This document shows positions 53,019 to 63,306 of a stretch of 64,000 nucleotides of DNA, piece after piece. The notes beneath the pieces are model-generated. The model worked only from the letters and a program-made list of their open reading frames with translations. It did no database searches and had not been told where the DNA came from. The position numbers and the translations under genes were made by a program. The stretch comes from an uncultured Pseudomonadota bacterium (lineage in GTDB: Bacteria; Myxococcota_A; Polyangia; Fen-1088). The stretch covers positions 704,001 through 768,000 of the forward strand of contig CAWKBC010000027.1 of the NCBI GenBank assembly GCA_963847705.1. The letters run 5' to 3'. Position 1 is the first letter of the stretch. Each line of letters opens with the position of its first letter.

Positions 53019-55709
53019 TTGCAAGCCGCCGCGCCCACCGCGCTGATGCGCCAGTACCTCGACGTGAAGTCGCGGTATCCGGACGCCATCGTGCTGTTCA
53101 GGTTGGGCGACTTCTACGAGATGTTCTATGACGACGCCGTCTACGCGGCGCGCGTCCTCGATCTGACCCTCACCACGCGCGACAAGGGGAAGGAGGATCC
53201 GGTCCCCATGTGCGGGGTCCCGCACCACGCGGTCCGGAGCTACCTCGGCAAGCTGACCGACCTCGGCCATCGGGTCGCGCTCTGCGAGCAGCTCGAGGAC
53301 CCGAAGGTGGCGCGCGGGATCGTCAAGCGCGACGTCGTCCGGGTCATCACGCCGGGCGTGGTGCTGGACGAGGAGTCGCTCGATCCGCGCGCGCCCAGCT
53401 ACGTGGCGGCCGCGGTGGGCGAAGCGCGCGGCGGCTACGGGTTCGCCTTCCTCGACGTCACCACGGGCGAGTTTCGGGCCACCGAGGCGCCCAGCGCCGA
53501 CGTGCTTCTGGAGGAGATCGGCCGCGTCGCGCCGCGCGAGCTGGTGCTCGGGCGCAGCGAAGCCGATCGCGCGCTCGGCGAGGCGCTCCGCCCTGGTTTT
53601 CCGCGGCTGCCGCGCGCGGCCGTCGACGACGGCGATCCGGCGGTCGAGCTGCCGCGCGCCTTGGGCGCGGCGTTCGACGCCACGCTCCTCCCGCGCCTGC
53701 CCCGGGCGGCGGCGGCCGCGGCGGCGGTGCTGCGCTACGCCCGCGCCACCCAGCCGGGCGCCGAGCTGCCGCTCTGCGGCCTGCAGATCTACACGCGCAC
53801 CGACTCGCTCATCATCGACGAGCAGGCGCGCGCGCACCTCGAGCTGGTGGAGTCGCTGCAGGATCGCCGGCGCGCCGGGTCGCTCATCGATCTGCTCGAC
53901 GAGACGCGCACCGCGATGGGGGGCCGGCTGCTTCGACGCTGGCTGCTCTTTCCCTCGGTCGAGCTGGCCACGATCCGCCGCCGCCACGACGCGGTCGAGC
54001 GGCTGGTCGGCGCGCACGCGGCCCGCGATCGGGCCCGCAAGCAGCTCGACGGGATCGCCGACATCGAGCGGCTGGTGGGCCGCGCGCGGCTCGGCGTGGC
54101 GACGCCCGCGCGATCTGGCGGTGCTGGGACGCTCGCTGGCGGCGCTGCCGGCGCTCGCCGAGGCGCTCGCCGAGGCGCACGCCGGCGAGATCAGCGGCTC
54201 GGTGGCCGGCGAGACCGATCTGCTGCGCCTCGGCGGCGACGACGGCGACGACGAGCTGCGGCCGGCGCGCTGGCGGCCGAGCTGGTGCGGGTCCTCCGCC
54301 CGGACGCGCCGGCGCTCACCAAGGACGGCGGCTACGTCAACCCGGGCGTCTCGGCCGAGCTCGACGAGCTGGTCGACATCGCCTCCGGCGGGCGCAGCCG
54401 CATCGCCGCCATCGAGGCGCGCGAGCGCGAGCGAACCGGCATCCCGTCGCTGAAGATCAAGTTCAACAACGTCTTCGGCTACTACATCGAGATCACGCGC
54501 TCGCACCTCGCCGCCGTCCCCGCCGACTACCGCCGCAAGCAGACCGTCGCCAACGCCGAGCGCTTCGTCACCACCGAGCTGGCCGAATTCGAGGCGACCG
54601 TGCTCTCGGCCGACGAGCGACGGATCGCCATGGAGCTGGCGCTGTTCACCGAGCTGCGCGCGCGGGTCGCCGGCCAGGCGGAGCGCCTGCTGGCGCTGGG
54701 CGCGCGCGTCGCCGCCGCCGACACGCTGGCGGCGCTGGCCGAGGTGGCGCACCGCAACGGCTACTGCCGGCCGCTGGTCGACGACGGCGGCGTGATCGAC
54801 CTGGCGGACGCCCGCCACCCGGTGGTCGAGCGGCTGGCGGCGGCGGGCAGCTTCGTCCCCAACGACGTTCGCCTCGATCCGGCGGCCGAGCAGATCCTGA
54901 TCGTCAGCGGCCCCAACATGGCCGGCAAGTCGACGCTGATGCGGCAGGTGGCGCTGGCGGTGATCCAGGCGCAGATGGGCGGCTTCGTGGCGGCGCGCGC
55001 CGCGCGCATCGGCCTCTGCGATCGGATCTTCACCCGCGTCGGCGCCGGCGACAACCTGGCCCGCGGCGAGTCGACCTTCATGGTCGAGATGCGCGAGACC
55101 GCGCAGATCCTCCGCCACGCCACTGCGCGCAGCCTGATCGTTCTCGACGAGATCGGGCGCGGCACGTCGACCTACGACGGCGTCTCGATCGCCTGGGCGG
55201 TGGCCGAGCACATCCATGACCAGATCGGCGCCAAGACGCTGTTCGCCACCCACTACCACGAGCTGGCGGCGCTGGCGGCCCAGCACCCGCGGGTCCGCAA
55301 CGTCAGCGTCGCCGCGCGCGAGTGGAAGGGGGAGGTGGTCTTCCTGCGCAAGCTGCAAGCGGGGGGGACCAGCCGCTCGTTCGGGGTCGAGGTGGCCAAG
55401 CTGGCCGGGCTGCCGCCCAACGTGGTGGCGCGCGCCCGGGCCATTCTTCGGACGCTGGAGGCGCCGGGGGCCGGGGGCGCCACGGCCGATCTGCCGCGCC
55501 CCGTGGTTCCCGGCGCCGCCGAGGCCGGCGTGAGCCAGCTCGGCCTCTTCACGCCCGCCCCGGTGCCGGCGCTGGCCCGGGCGCCCGAGGACGCGGCGCT
55601 GCAGGAGCTCCTCGACCGCTTGCGCGCCCTCGATCCGGACGAGCTGTCGCCCCGGGCCGCCCACGACCTCCTGTCCGAGCTGGTGAGAAAGTTGACGGCA
55701 CAGCCTTAG
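53019..55709 (+). CDS. mutS: DNA mismatch repair protein MutS (with an internal compensated frameshift segment ~54106-54260)
   Basis: FRLGDFYEMF, GPNMAGKST, STFMVEM, DEIGRGTST and FATHYHEL. Confidence 0.97.
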   Translation: MQAAAPTALMRQYLDVKSRYPDAIVLFRLGDFYEMFYDDAVYAARVLDLTLTTRDKGKEDPVPMCGVPHHAVRSYLGKLTDLGHRVALCEQLEDPKVARGIVKRDVVRVITPGVVLDEESLDPRAPSYVAAAVGEARGGYGFAFLDVTTGEFRATEAPSADVLLEEIGRVAPRELVLGRSEADRALGEALRPGFPRLPRAAVDDGDPAVELPRALGAAFDATLLPRLPRAAAAAAAVLRYARATQPGAELPLCGLQIYTRTDSLIIDEQARAHLELVESLQDRRRAGSLIDLLDETRTAMGGRLLRRWLLFPSVELATIRRRHDAVERLVGAHAARDRARKQLDGIADIERLVGRARLGVATPARSGGAGTLAGGAAGARRGARRGARRRDQRLGGRRDRSAAPRRRRRRRRAAAGALAAELVRVLRPDAPALTKDGGYVNPGVSAELDELVDIASGGRSRIAAIEARERERTGIPSLKIKFNNVFGYYIEITRSHLAAVPADYRRKQTVANAERFVTTELAEFEATVLSADERRIAMELALFTELRARVAGQAERLLALGARVAAADTLAALAEVAHRNGYCRPLVDDGGVIDLADARHPVVERLAAAGSFVPNDVRLDPAAEQILIVSGPNMAGKSTLMRQVALAVIQAQMGGFVAARAARIGLCDRIFTRVGAGDNLARGESTFMVEMRETAQILRHATARSLIVLDEIGRGTSTYDGVSIAWAVAEHIHDQIGAKTLFATHYHELAALAAQHPRVRNVSVAAREWKGEVVFLRKLQAGGTSRSFGVEVAKLAGLPPNVVARARAILRTLEAPGAGGATADLPRPVVPGAAEAGVSQLGLFTPAPVPALARAPEDAALQELLDRLRALDPDELSPRAAHDLLSELVRKLTAQP

Positions 55710-55776
55710 CGCCGTTTTGATGATTTTGATGGCCGCGTCGCTCATGCTGAAGAGGGCCCTGGCCGCCCGACGCACG

Positions 55777-56607
55777 ATGTTGAAGCCCCTTCGCTCCACG
55801 GCCCTCGCGCTCCTCTCGACCTTCGCGCTGCTGGCGCTCGGTCCGACGCGCGCCCAGGCCGCCACCACCAAGCCGCCGTCGGCCCTCCGCGGGACCAGTC
55901 TGGCGACCAGGCCCGCGAGCAAATCTGCGTCGAGGCCAGGCAAGAAGAACGCCAAGAAGGTCCCCAAGAACGCGCCGGTGGTCCTCTATCAAATCAATCG
56001 GCGGGAGACGATGGCGCTGCGGCTGCGCGACGGCAAAGGGCGTCCGGTGAAGGGGATGCAGCGCCGCTTCGATCACTTCCTGCGCTGCCACTACACCAAC
56101 GTCGAGCACAAGATGGATCCGCGCCTGATGAAGCTGCTCTTCCAGACGGGGCACCACTGGCCCGGGCGGCGGCTGGAGGTGGTCTCCGGCTACCGGCACC
56201 CCGACGTGGCGAAGAACCCCCACAGCCCACACATGAAGGGGCTGGCCTGCGACTTTCGGGTGGAGGGGGTGAAGACGGCCGAGCTGCGCGACTACCTGCG
56301 GCACACGTTCGACAAGGTGGGCGTGGGCTACTACCCGAACTCCAGCTTCGTTCACCTCGACGTGCGCAAGGATCGGTCGGCGTTCTGGATCGACTACTCC
56401 GGTCCGGGCGAGCGGGCCGTCTATTCGGCGACGCCCGATCAGGATCTCAAGAACGGGCGCGCCGACAGCTATCACCCGACCAAGATCGACGACGCCTGGG
56501 TCCAAGACCCGGGGCCAAATTCGGCGGACGCTCCGGCGGAAGGTCCGGCCATGGACGGACGAGCTGCGCCTTCCCCCGACTCCGAGAAAGAGCAAGAAAC
56601 CCCGTGA
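55777..56607 (+). CDS. DUF882/YcbK family peptidase M15 (murein endopeptidase-like), secreted
   Basis: Signal peptide, then VVSGYRHP, SPHMKGLACD and GVGYYPNSSFVHLDVR. Confidence 0.88.
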   Translation: MLKPLRSTALALLSTFALLALGPTRAQAATTKPPSALRGTSLATRPASKSASRPGKKNAKKVPKNAPVVLYQINRRETMALRLRDGKGRPVKGMQRRFDHFLRCHYTNVEHKMDPRLMKLLFQTGHHWPGRRLEVVSGYRHPDVAKNPHSPHMKGLACDFRVEGVKTAELRDYLRHTFDKVGVGYYPNSSFVHLDVRKDRSAFWIDYSGPGERAVYSATPDQDLKNGRADSYHPTKIDDAWVQDPGPNSADAPAEGPAMDGRAAPSPDSEKEQETP

Positions 56608-56683
56608 TTGAGGCCGGAATTTCTGTGATAACTTCCGGATTCCTCCGGCGGGCGCCGCCGGTACGGTCACGAGGAGGCCCCCG

Positions 56684-57742
56684 ATGAGAATCACTGGTGC
56701 TTTTGTGCTGGCTCTATCGCTCGGCGTTGCCGCGGTGGGCGCGGGCACGCCGAGTCATGCCGCCAAGGCCAAAGGCAAGAAGAAGGGTGGAGAGGGGAGC
56801 GCGCCCACGGCCAGCGCAAAGGAGGTCGACAAGCTGAAGGCGGTGCGTCTCGGCGATCCCGATGCCGGGACCTTCAAGTGGGGGATGAAGCCCGAAGAGG
56901 TGGTGGCCGCGGTGCGCATCTCCGTCGAGGGGAAGTACAAGAAGCGGATCGAAGAGGCGTCGCAGGATCCCGGCAAGCAGCAGCGGGTCCGTGACGAGAT
57001 GACCCGCGAGATCAACACCGTCAAGAAGAGCTACACCAAGTTCGAGGGGCAGAAGAGCGGCTGGGACGTCTCCATCGTCGGTCCCGAGTTCGAGCAGGGG
57101 ACCTCGGAGGCGGTGCTGGTGACCAAGGAAGACGCCTGGACCCGCTACTTCTTCTTCTTCGAGGACGGCCTCTACAAGATGTACCTGGCGTTCAACAAGG
57201 ACGCCCTGCAGGGGAAGTCGTTCACGGACTTCGGAAAGAGCATGGAGGCTCGCTACGGCAACGCCAAGGCGGTCTACCGTGACGACAAGACCAAGGGTGG
57301 CATCAACCACGTGCTCGATCACTTCGCCTGGAACGCCGGTCCCGACCGCCTGAAGCTGGTCGACCGGTCCGAGTTCTATGGTGTCTACTGCCTGGTGCTC
57401 TACGATCAGGCGACGCACGAGCGCGTCGTCGACAAGCGCAAGATCGTCAACCCCGGCACCGTCGAGAGGGACGAGCTGGTCGAGTCGATCGCCAACAACC
57501 GCGGCAAGGAAAGCAACGACGAGAACGACGACATCATCGATCGCGTCGTCGGCCACGAGACCAAGAAGCCGGGGACCGAAGAGCACGCCGACATCGTCGT
57601 GCCGTCCACCTCGGGCAAGGCGGTCAGCCCCGCGGAGGTGAATTCCAAGGGCTCGTCGAGCGGGAGCTCCTCCTCCTCGGAGAGCAGCAAGAAGAAGGCG
57701 TCCAAGAAGTCGAACGATCCGATGGACGGGCTCGAGCTCTAG
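56684..57742 (+). CDS. Hypothetical secreted protein
   Basis: GAGGAGG RBS, signal peptide ending SHA and strong codon bias. I recognise no family. Confidence 0.8.
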   Translation: MRITGAFVLALSLGVAAVGAGTPSHAAKAKGKKKGGEGSAPTASAKEVDKLKAVRLGDPDAGTFKWGMKPEEVVAAVRISVEGKYKKRIEEASQDPGKQQRVRDEMTREINTVKKSYTKFEGQKSGWDVSIVGPEFEQGTSEAVLVTKEDAWTRYFFFFEDGLYKMYLAFNKDALQGKSFTDFGKSMEARYGNAKAVYRDDKTKGGINHVLDHFAWNAGPDRLKLVDRSEFYGVYCLVLYDQATHERVVDKRKIVNPGTVERDELVESIANNRGKESNDENDDIIDRVVGHETKKPGTEEHADIVVPSTSGKAVSPAEVNSKGSSSGSSSSSESSKKKASKKSNDPMDGLEL

Positions 57743-57746
57743 TGAT

Positions 57747-59441
57747 GTGACGCGCGCGGCGGTTGCGATTGCGAGCCTCTCTCTCCTCGGCGCCCTGCCC
57801 GCGTCCGCCGCGGACGGGGCCCCTTGCACCGTCCTCAACTACACGTTCCAGCCTGACTGCTTTCGCGCGGCGGGTGACGCCACCTGCGTCTTCGATCCGA
57901 GCCACCCGGACTTCGGGCCGCAAATCGCGGTGTGGCTCGAGAGCGCCGACGGGACGCAGTTCGTCGACACGCTGATGGTCACGAACGCGGTGGCGTTCCA
58001 CGGCATCGGCAACCGCCCCGGGACCTGGAACATGCTCTCCGGGCCGCGTTTTCCCTACGGCCGGCGGCCGATGGCGCTGCCGATCTGGGCTCACGCGCGG
58101 GGCCACCTCTACCCGTTCGTGGCGATGAACGACGGGATGGAGGATGAGCTCGCGAACCACGAAGACACCTCGTCCCCCGAGCCCTACTTCTGCCGGCCCA
58201 TGGCGCTCGGGGAGATCGTCGACGCGGTGACCTGTCCGAGCGGCCAGTTCCGGAGCGCCAAGGGGCTGCTCGACGCCACCCAGCCGCAGTCCTACTACCC
58301 GCCGCGCGCCGACCTCTTCAACTTCGGGGGCGCGCCCTGCATCGCGCGGATCGGCGACCCCACCTCCTGCGATCCGGGCGACTCTGCTCAGTACTTCGCG
58401 CTCGACGACGTCGACGTGGTGGCGGCGGCGACGCCCCCCTACGGCGCGCCGTACACCGGGAGCTGGATCGTCCCTGCCGATCTTCCCGCCGGCGACTACG
58501 CGCTCGCCGTCGAGGTGAGCAAGGAGTTCGACACCAACGCCGCCAACAGCTACCCCAACGAGGTGACGGCAACGGACATGGAGTTCTACAGCGCCGACGG
58601 ACAGCACGGGAACGTGGGCCAGCCGTCGGTTCTGTTTCGGCTCCCGTTCACCCTGGGAAGCGCTGCCGGTGGTGCCTCCGCCAGCGACATCGTGGGCTAT
58701 GGAGACTGGAGCGGGGTGACCGGCGACGTCACGCCGCCCGACGACACGATCAGCAGCGACCCCGGCAGCGGGGTGGGGCGCCTCTTGCTCCTCGACAGCG
58801 GCGCCAACGGCCCAGCGCGCGTGTCGCTCACCCTCGGTGCCTGTTCGTCCGTCGACTGCTCGGCCACGCCCACGCCGGTTCCACGGCCCGTCTCGTTCAC
58901 GGCCGCCGCGACCTCGAACGGGACCGGCGCCACGCTTCAGGTCTTGCAGTCGAGCGAACTGGGTGGCCAGCCGGTCGTCGGCTATGACGTGCGCTACGCC
59001 ATCCTTCCGGCGAGCGCGGCGATCGACGCGTCGGCGTTCTCGGCCTGGACCCCGGCGGCGGGGCTGACGACCGCCGCACCGGGGACCTCGAGCTCCGTCG
59101 AGCTCAAGGGGTTGACCCCCCAGTCCATTTACGGCGTGGGGGTGAGCGCGATCGGCGTTTGTGGCAGCTCGCCGCCAACCTTCCAGACCTTCAGCACGCC
59201 CGCGCTCCCGTTTACCAAGCTCTCCGGTTGCTTCATCGCGACGGCGGCCTTTGGTTCCGACCTCGCACCGGAGGTGGCCACCCTGCGCGCGCTGCGCGAC
59301 GCCGCCACGTCCCGGAGCGCGCTGGCTGCGGCGGCCGTCGACCTCTATTACCGGTCGTCGCCGCCGCTGGCCCGGTCCCTGGCGCGCTCGGGGGTCAGCC
59401 GCGCGCTGGTCCGGGCGGCGCTCCGCTCAATGACCCGCTAG
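57747..59441 (+). CDS. Secreted protein with fibronectin type III-like domain and CFI-box-CTERM motif
   Basis: Signal peptide, PQIAVWLE, FN3-like LKGLTPQSIYGVGVSA and C-terminal GCFIATAAFGS...LRALRD...YYRSSPPLA. Confidence 0.82.
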   Translation: MTRAAVAIASLSLLGALPASAADGAPCTVLNYTFQPDCFRAAGDATCVFDPSHPDFGPQIAVWLESADGTQFVDTLMVTNAVAFHGIGNRPGTWNMLSGPRFPYGRRPMALPIWAHARGHLYPFVAMNDGMEDELANHEDTSSPEPYFCRPMALGEIVDAVTCPSGQFRSAKGLLDATQPQSYYPPRADLFNFGGAPCIARIGDPTSCDPGDSAQYFALDDVDVVAAATPPYGAPYTGSWIVPADLPAGDYALAVEVSKEFDTNAANSYPNEVTATDMEFYSADGQHGNVGQPSVLFRLPFTLGSAAGGASASDIVGYGDWSGVTGDVTPPDDTISSDPGSGVGRLLLLDSGANGPARVSLTLGACSSVDCSATPTPVPRPVSFTAAATSNGTGATLQVLQSSELGGQPVVGYDVRYAILPASAAIDASAFSAWTPAAGLTTAAPGTSSSVELKGLTPQSIYGVGVSAIGVCGSSPPTFQTFSTPALPFTKLSGCFIATAAFGSDLAPEVATLRALRDAATSRSALAAAAVDLYYRSSPPLARSLARSGVSRALVRAALRSMTR

Positions 59442-59450
59442 CCTGCGTTG

Positions 59451-60650
59451 TTAGAACACAGTGAAGATGTCGGGGCGGGAGGCGTCCTTGCTGACGCCGT
59501 CGAGGAGCTCTTTTTGCGTGACGGTGAGCTGGGTGAGGAGCGTGCGGATGTTGGCGACCCGCTGCTTGTAGCTCTCCTGGCGGACCTGATCCGGCGAGCC
59601 GGTCATCACGGCGTCCATGAAGGGGGTCGGCTTCATCGGGACGAGGTTTCCGAGGTCGAGCTTGTCGCCCGTCTTGCGGTCGACCCAGGGAGCGCCCGAG
59701 CCGGAGCGGATCTTGAAGCCGACCAGATCGGCCGCTCCGCAGTCCTTGCCCCCGTTCTTGCAAACCTGATCACCGACCTCGACGAGGTTGCCGACGATGA
59801 TCTTCCCCGCGTTGTCGAACACCAGGCCGTAGTTCTTGTTGGCGGTGGCGGCCGTCTTGTCGGCGTAGGCCTTGAGCGCCTCGGCGTCGTTCTCGGTCCG
59901 GCGGATGTGGCGCTCGATCTCGTTATAGAGCGCGATGGTGTCGTAGTAGTAGTTGAACAGCTTGTCGACGTCCGCGTCGGGGAGACGGAAGAAGTCGACG
60001 CGGAAGATCGTCGCCGTGTTGGGGCGGGGATCCAGCTTGATCGCCTTGAGGTCGGCGACGAACTGCGGATCGTAGGAGAGGGTGTCCTTCTTGGCGGCGG
60101 CCAGTCGTTGCTGGCTGCGCGCGACCGCCAGGCCGATATCGCCCAGCTTCTTCTGCATGTTGTCGAGCTCGCCCTTCACGGCCTTGGCGGCGTGATTGGC
60201 GGTGTTCATGTTGGCGCGGCCGACGCTGGCGATGCCGAGACCGCCGCCCAGCGCGAACGCCGCGGCGCCGACGATGACCGAGGCGATGAGGACGGTCTTG
60301 CTCTTGCTCGAGCCGACGTTCTGCACCGGCGCGCCGTCGTCGATCGAGCGGAGATCGAATCCCCCCTGCGGGGCGCGCATGTTCGCGTACGGGTTCATCC
60401 CCGCGGGCTGGGGAGCTGCCGGCGCCGCCGCGCGTGGTGCCGGGGCGGCGGGAGCGGGAGCCGGAACCCCGGGGCCGCGCCCTGGTTGCGGGAAAGGTTG
60501 TCCCGGAGCGGGGCGCGCACCTGCCTGGGGCATTCCGCCGGGGGCGGGGGCTCCGGCAGGGCTGCCGTCGGGTCGTTTCAGACCGAGACGGGCCTTGAGG
60601 TCACTGATGTCCTTGGTCGGCGGGACGCCTGGCTTCCTATTCTGATCCAC
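59451..60650 (-). CDS. Hypothetical bitopic membrane protein with Pro-rich N-terminus
   Basis: GGAG RBS, KDISDLKARLGLK, Pro/Ala/Gly linker, one TM and coiled-coil segments. Confidence 0.78.
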   Translation of the reverse strand: MDQNRKPGVPPTKDISDLKARLGLKRPDGSPAGAPAPGGMPQAGARPAPGQPFPQPGRGPGVPAPAPAAPAPRAAAPAAPQPAGMNPYANMRAPQGGFDLRSIDDGAPVQNVGSSKSKTVLIASVIVGAAAFALGGGLGIASVGRANMNTANHAAKAVKGELDNMQKKLGDIGLAVARSQQRLAAAKKDTLSYDPQFVADLKAIKLDPRPNTATIFRVDFFRLPDADVDKLFNYYYDTIALYNEIERHIRRTENDAEALKAYADKTAATANKNYGLVFDNAGKIIVGNLVEVGDQVCKNGGKDCGAADLVGFKIRSGSGAPWVDRKTGDKLDLGNLVPMKPTPFMDAVMTGSPDQVRQESYKQRVANIRTLLTQLTVTQKELLDGVSKDASRPDIFTVF

Positions 60651-60744
60651 TGAGCTCCTCCGGTGGCGCGGTAAACATCACGCGCCGCTGCGTCTGATCG
60701 GCAAAAAGCGGACAAAGCGAGCACAGAAACAACAGCGAGAGCGG

Positions 60745-60773
60745 ACCATACTGACGGCCTCCGCACCTGTCAA
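60745..60773 (-). promoter_or_regulatory. Putative sigma70-type promoter of the 60650 gene
   Basis: The minus strand reads TTGACA-N17-TATGGT. Confidence 0.6.
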
Positions 60774-60882
60774 GCGAACCGAGCGGAAACAAAGCAACGC
60801 CCTCGCGGAACAGCTCAAGAATCTCCCGCGGGAGCGTCGTCTGGTTGTTCGTGAGTGGTTGCGCGGCTCTACCGCGCCTGCC

Positions 60883-61254
60883 CTAGGCGAAGCTCAGGTA
60901 CGACTCGATGGCCCAGATGGCGTCCGGCGGAAGGTTGGTGAAGCGCACCCCCACCGTTCGTCCCTCCTTGGTCACGGTCTCGCCCGAGGCCGTCAGGATC
61001 TCGTTGCTGTCAGGAAGCTGGAACTGCAGGCCCATATAGTGAGGCGCCCGGCTCTGATCCGGCTCGATCATTGGAACGAGGCGCGCGCCCGTACGGCTCA
61101 AATCAACCATCCGACAGAGATAGGGCTGACCATCGAGGAAACGATTCATGTAAAGGTCGACGCTGACCCGCCGATTGGTCCGTCGGTCTGGTCCGTGTGC
61201 CCGCCGCGTTCCGCGCCGATCCAAAATGCGATCCGAAGTCTTCTTCTTGAGCAT
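60883..61254 (-). CDS. Stand-alone PilZ domain protein
   Basis: RRTNRR (RxxxR) and DLSRTG (D/NxSxxG); AAGGAG RBS. Confidence 0.88.
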   Translation of the reverse strand: MLKKKTSDRILDRRGTRRAHGPDRRTNRRVSVDLYMNRFLDGQPYLCRMVDLSRTGARLVPMIEPDQSRAPHYMGLQFQLPDSNEILTASGETVTKEGRTVGVRFTNLPPDAIWAIESYLSFA

Positions 61255-61343
61255 GAGGCCCTCCTTGGGAGTTGTCCTACATGTAGGCTCAAGTGAGCGA
61301 TCGGTCAAATTTTTGGCCATCTTTTCGAGTTTCTTCGCAGAGT

Positions 61344-61372
61344 TTGACTCGCGGCGCCGCGGTACCGATAAT
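61344..61372 (+). promoter_or_regulatory. Putative sigma70-type promoter
   Basis: TTGACT-N17-GATAAT. Confidence 0.5.
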
Positions 61373-61479
61373 CCGGGCCGCTCAATACCGTTGGGCGCCG
61401 CTCTTTCGTTGCCGAGCGCGCCAATCCGTTTCGTCTCTCACCCCGTCCCATTCCCCAAAGCCGAGCACAGGAGCCAGGC

Positions 61480-62952
61480 ATGCACCGCATGAAGATCGGG
61501 CTTGTCGCCGCCATCGTTTTACTCGCGCTCACCGGCGGCATTTATTCCGTCGTGACCCGCGAGCTCAAAGAGTCGACCGTCCGCTCCGTGGAGGCGGACG
61601 TGTCGCGTGCACAGCGCATGCATGGCGACATCGCGCGTCTCGAAGCGCTCGAATTCGCCAACCTGGTGGCCGGCCTCGCCCGCCGTCCGGCGGTGGTCGA
61701 CGTCTTCTCCAAAGCGGACATCACGGGACGCCGTCAGGCCGCTTTCGAGCAGGCCGAGCAGCTCAATGGTTTCTTGCAGACCGGGGGCGCACGCAAGGCC
61801 GACATCGTCGCGATCATCGACGCGGAAGGGAAAGTCCTGGCGCGTGACCTCAACGTCAACGCGATGTTCGGGGAAGACCTCCGCTCCAAGTACCCGGCCG
61901 TGGCCAGCGCGTTGCGGGGCGAGGCGACCAAGGACATCTGGACCCTGTCCGGGAGCATGACCCGCGTGGCGGTCGCGCCGGTGATTCAGCCCGACGGCAC
62001 GATCCGCGGCGCGTTGCTCGTCGGCTACGCCGTCACGGCGCGCGACGCCCAGGCCAAGCGCGACCTGCTCGGGACCGAGGTCGCCTACTTCCAGAACGGC
62101 AAGGTCCACACCTCCAGCTTCGTTTCGGAGGGCACCGGGGAGAGCGCGAAGGAGGACGGGAACAAGACCCAGGCGCTGAACCAGATCCTGTTCCAGTCGC
62201 CCGAGGCGTGGGGACAGCAGGCCCTCGCCAAGGGGGCCCCTTCGGAGGTCTTCACCCTGACGCTCGACGGACGCGAGTACGCGGCGGTCGCGGCACCGCT
62301 TCACGGCAACGCCTTCGACAAGACCAGCGGCGTGGTGACGCTGGAGTCGATCTCCGACGCGATGGAGTCCGTGTCGTCGATCGGAATGAAGATCATCTTC
62401 TTCGGGATCTTGTCGATCCTGGTGATGCTGGCGGCGGTGATGCTGACCGCGCAGCGGTTCATCCGGCCGCTCGACAAGATCGAGCTTGGCGTCGCCGAGA
62501 TCATCAACGGCAACATCGACTACCAGTTCAAGCCGGTGGGCCCCGATTTCGAGGGGCTGTCGAACGGCCTCAACGTGATGCTGGCGCGGCTGCTCGGCCG
62601 CGAGGAGCCGAACGAGGACGAGCCGGAAGAGGAGCAGGATGAGACCTCGCGCTGGCGCTCCGACCAGATGCTGGTCGAAGAGGGTTCCGGCCCCACGGCC
62701 TCCTCGTCGCCCGAGGCGGCCGCGCTCGCGCAGGAAGGCGAGCCCGTCTACTACACGCGCATCTTCAACGAGTACGTCGCTGCGCTGAAGAGCCAGGGAA
62801 AGCCGACCAAGGGGATCACGGTCCAGGCGTTCACCGCCAAGCTACGCCTCATCGAGGGTGGGCTGAAGCAGAAGTGGAAGTGCCGCATGGTCCGCTTCAA
62901 GGTCAACACCCAGGGCGAGCAGGCGACGTTGAAGCCCATCCCGATCAACTAG
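61480..62952 (+). CDS. Cache/HAMP membrane protein with MXAN_5187-like C-terminal domain
   Basis: Two TMs flank a Cache-like region, followed by a HAMP domain (RPLDKI...LSNGLNVM). The C-terminus reads IFNEYVAA...FTAKL...CRMVRFKV...ATLKPIP. Confidence 0.8.
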   Translation: MHRMKIGLVAAIVLLALTGGIYSVVTRELKESTVRSVEADVSRAQRMHGDIARLEALEFANLVAGLARRPAVVDVFSKADITGRRQAAFEQAEQLNGFLQTGGARKADIVAIIDAEGKVLARDLNVNAMFGEDLRSKYPAVASALRGEATKDIWTLSGSMTRVAVAPVIQPDGTIRGALLVGYAVTARDAQAKRDLLGTEVAYFQNGKVHTSSFVSEGTGESAKEDGNKTQALNQILFQSPEAWGQQALAKGAPSEVFTLTLDGREYAAVAAPLHGNAFDKTSGVVTLESISDAMESVSSIGMKIIFFGILSILVMLAAVMLTAQRFIRPLDKIELGVAEIINGNIDYQFKPVGPDFEGLSNGLNVMLARLLGREEPNEDEPEEEQDETSRWRSDQMLVEEGSGPTASSSPEAAALAQEGEPVYYTRIFNEYVAALKSQGKPTKGITVQAFTAKLRLIEGGLKQKWKCRMVRFKVNTQGEQATLKPIPIN

Positions 62953-62965
62953 CGCCGTCGCTCGC

Positions 62966-63206
62966 GCCCATCGGCCCTCAGGCCCCGTTGCTCGGGCCCT
63001 ACGGGCCCATCGGCCCATCGGCCGCGTTGCTCGGGCCCTTACGGGCCCATCGGCCCATCGGCCGCGTTGCTCGGGCCCTTACGGGCCCATCGGCCCATCG
63101 GCCGCGTTGCTCGGGCCCTACGGGCCCATCGGCCCTCGGCCCCGTTGCTCGGGCCACGGGCCCATCGGCCCATCGGCCGCGTTGCTCGGGCCCTTACGGG
63201 CCCATC
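62966..63206. repeat. Tandem array of ~6 units of ~40 bp
   Basis: ACGGGCCCATCGGCCCATCGGCCGCGTTGCTCGGGCCCTT occurs exactly at 63001 and 63041, with near copies at 63081, 63120 and 63156. Confidence 0.92.
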
Positions 63207-63306
63207 GCTCGGGGCCTCGGGTCCTTCGGGACCCAACCCCCGAACGACTCTTTCTGACCGTTACGGGCGCGCGTGGTCACCGACCGCGCGCGCTTCGTGC
63301 GTCGCC

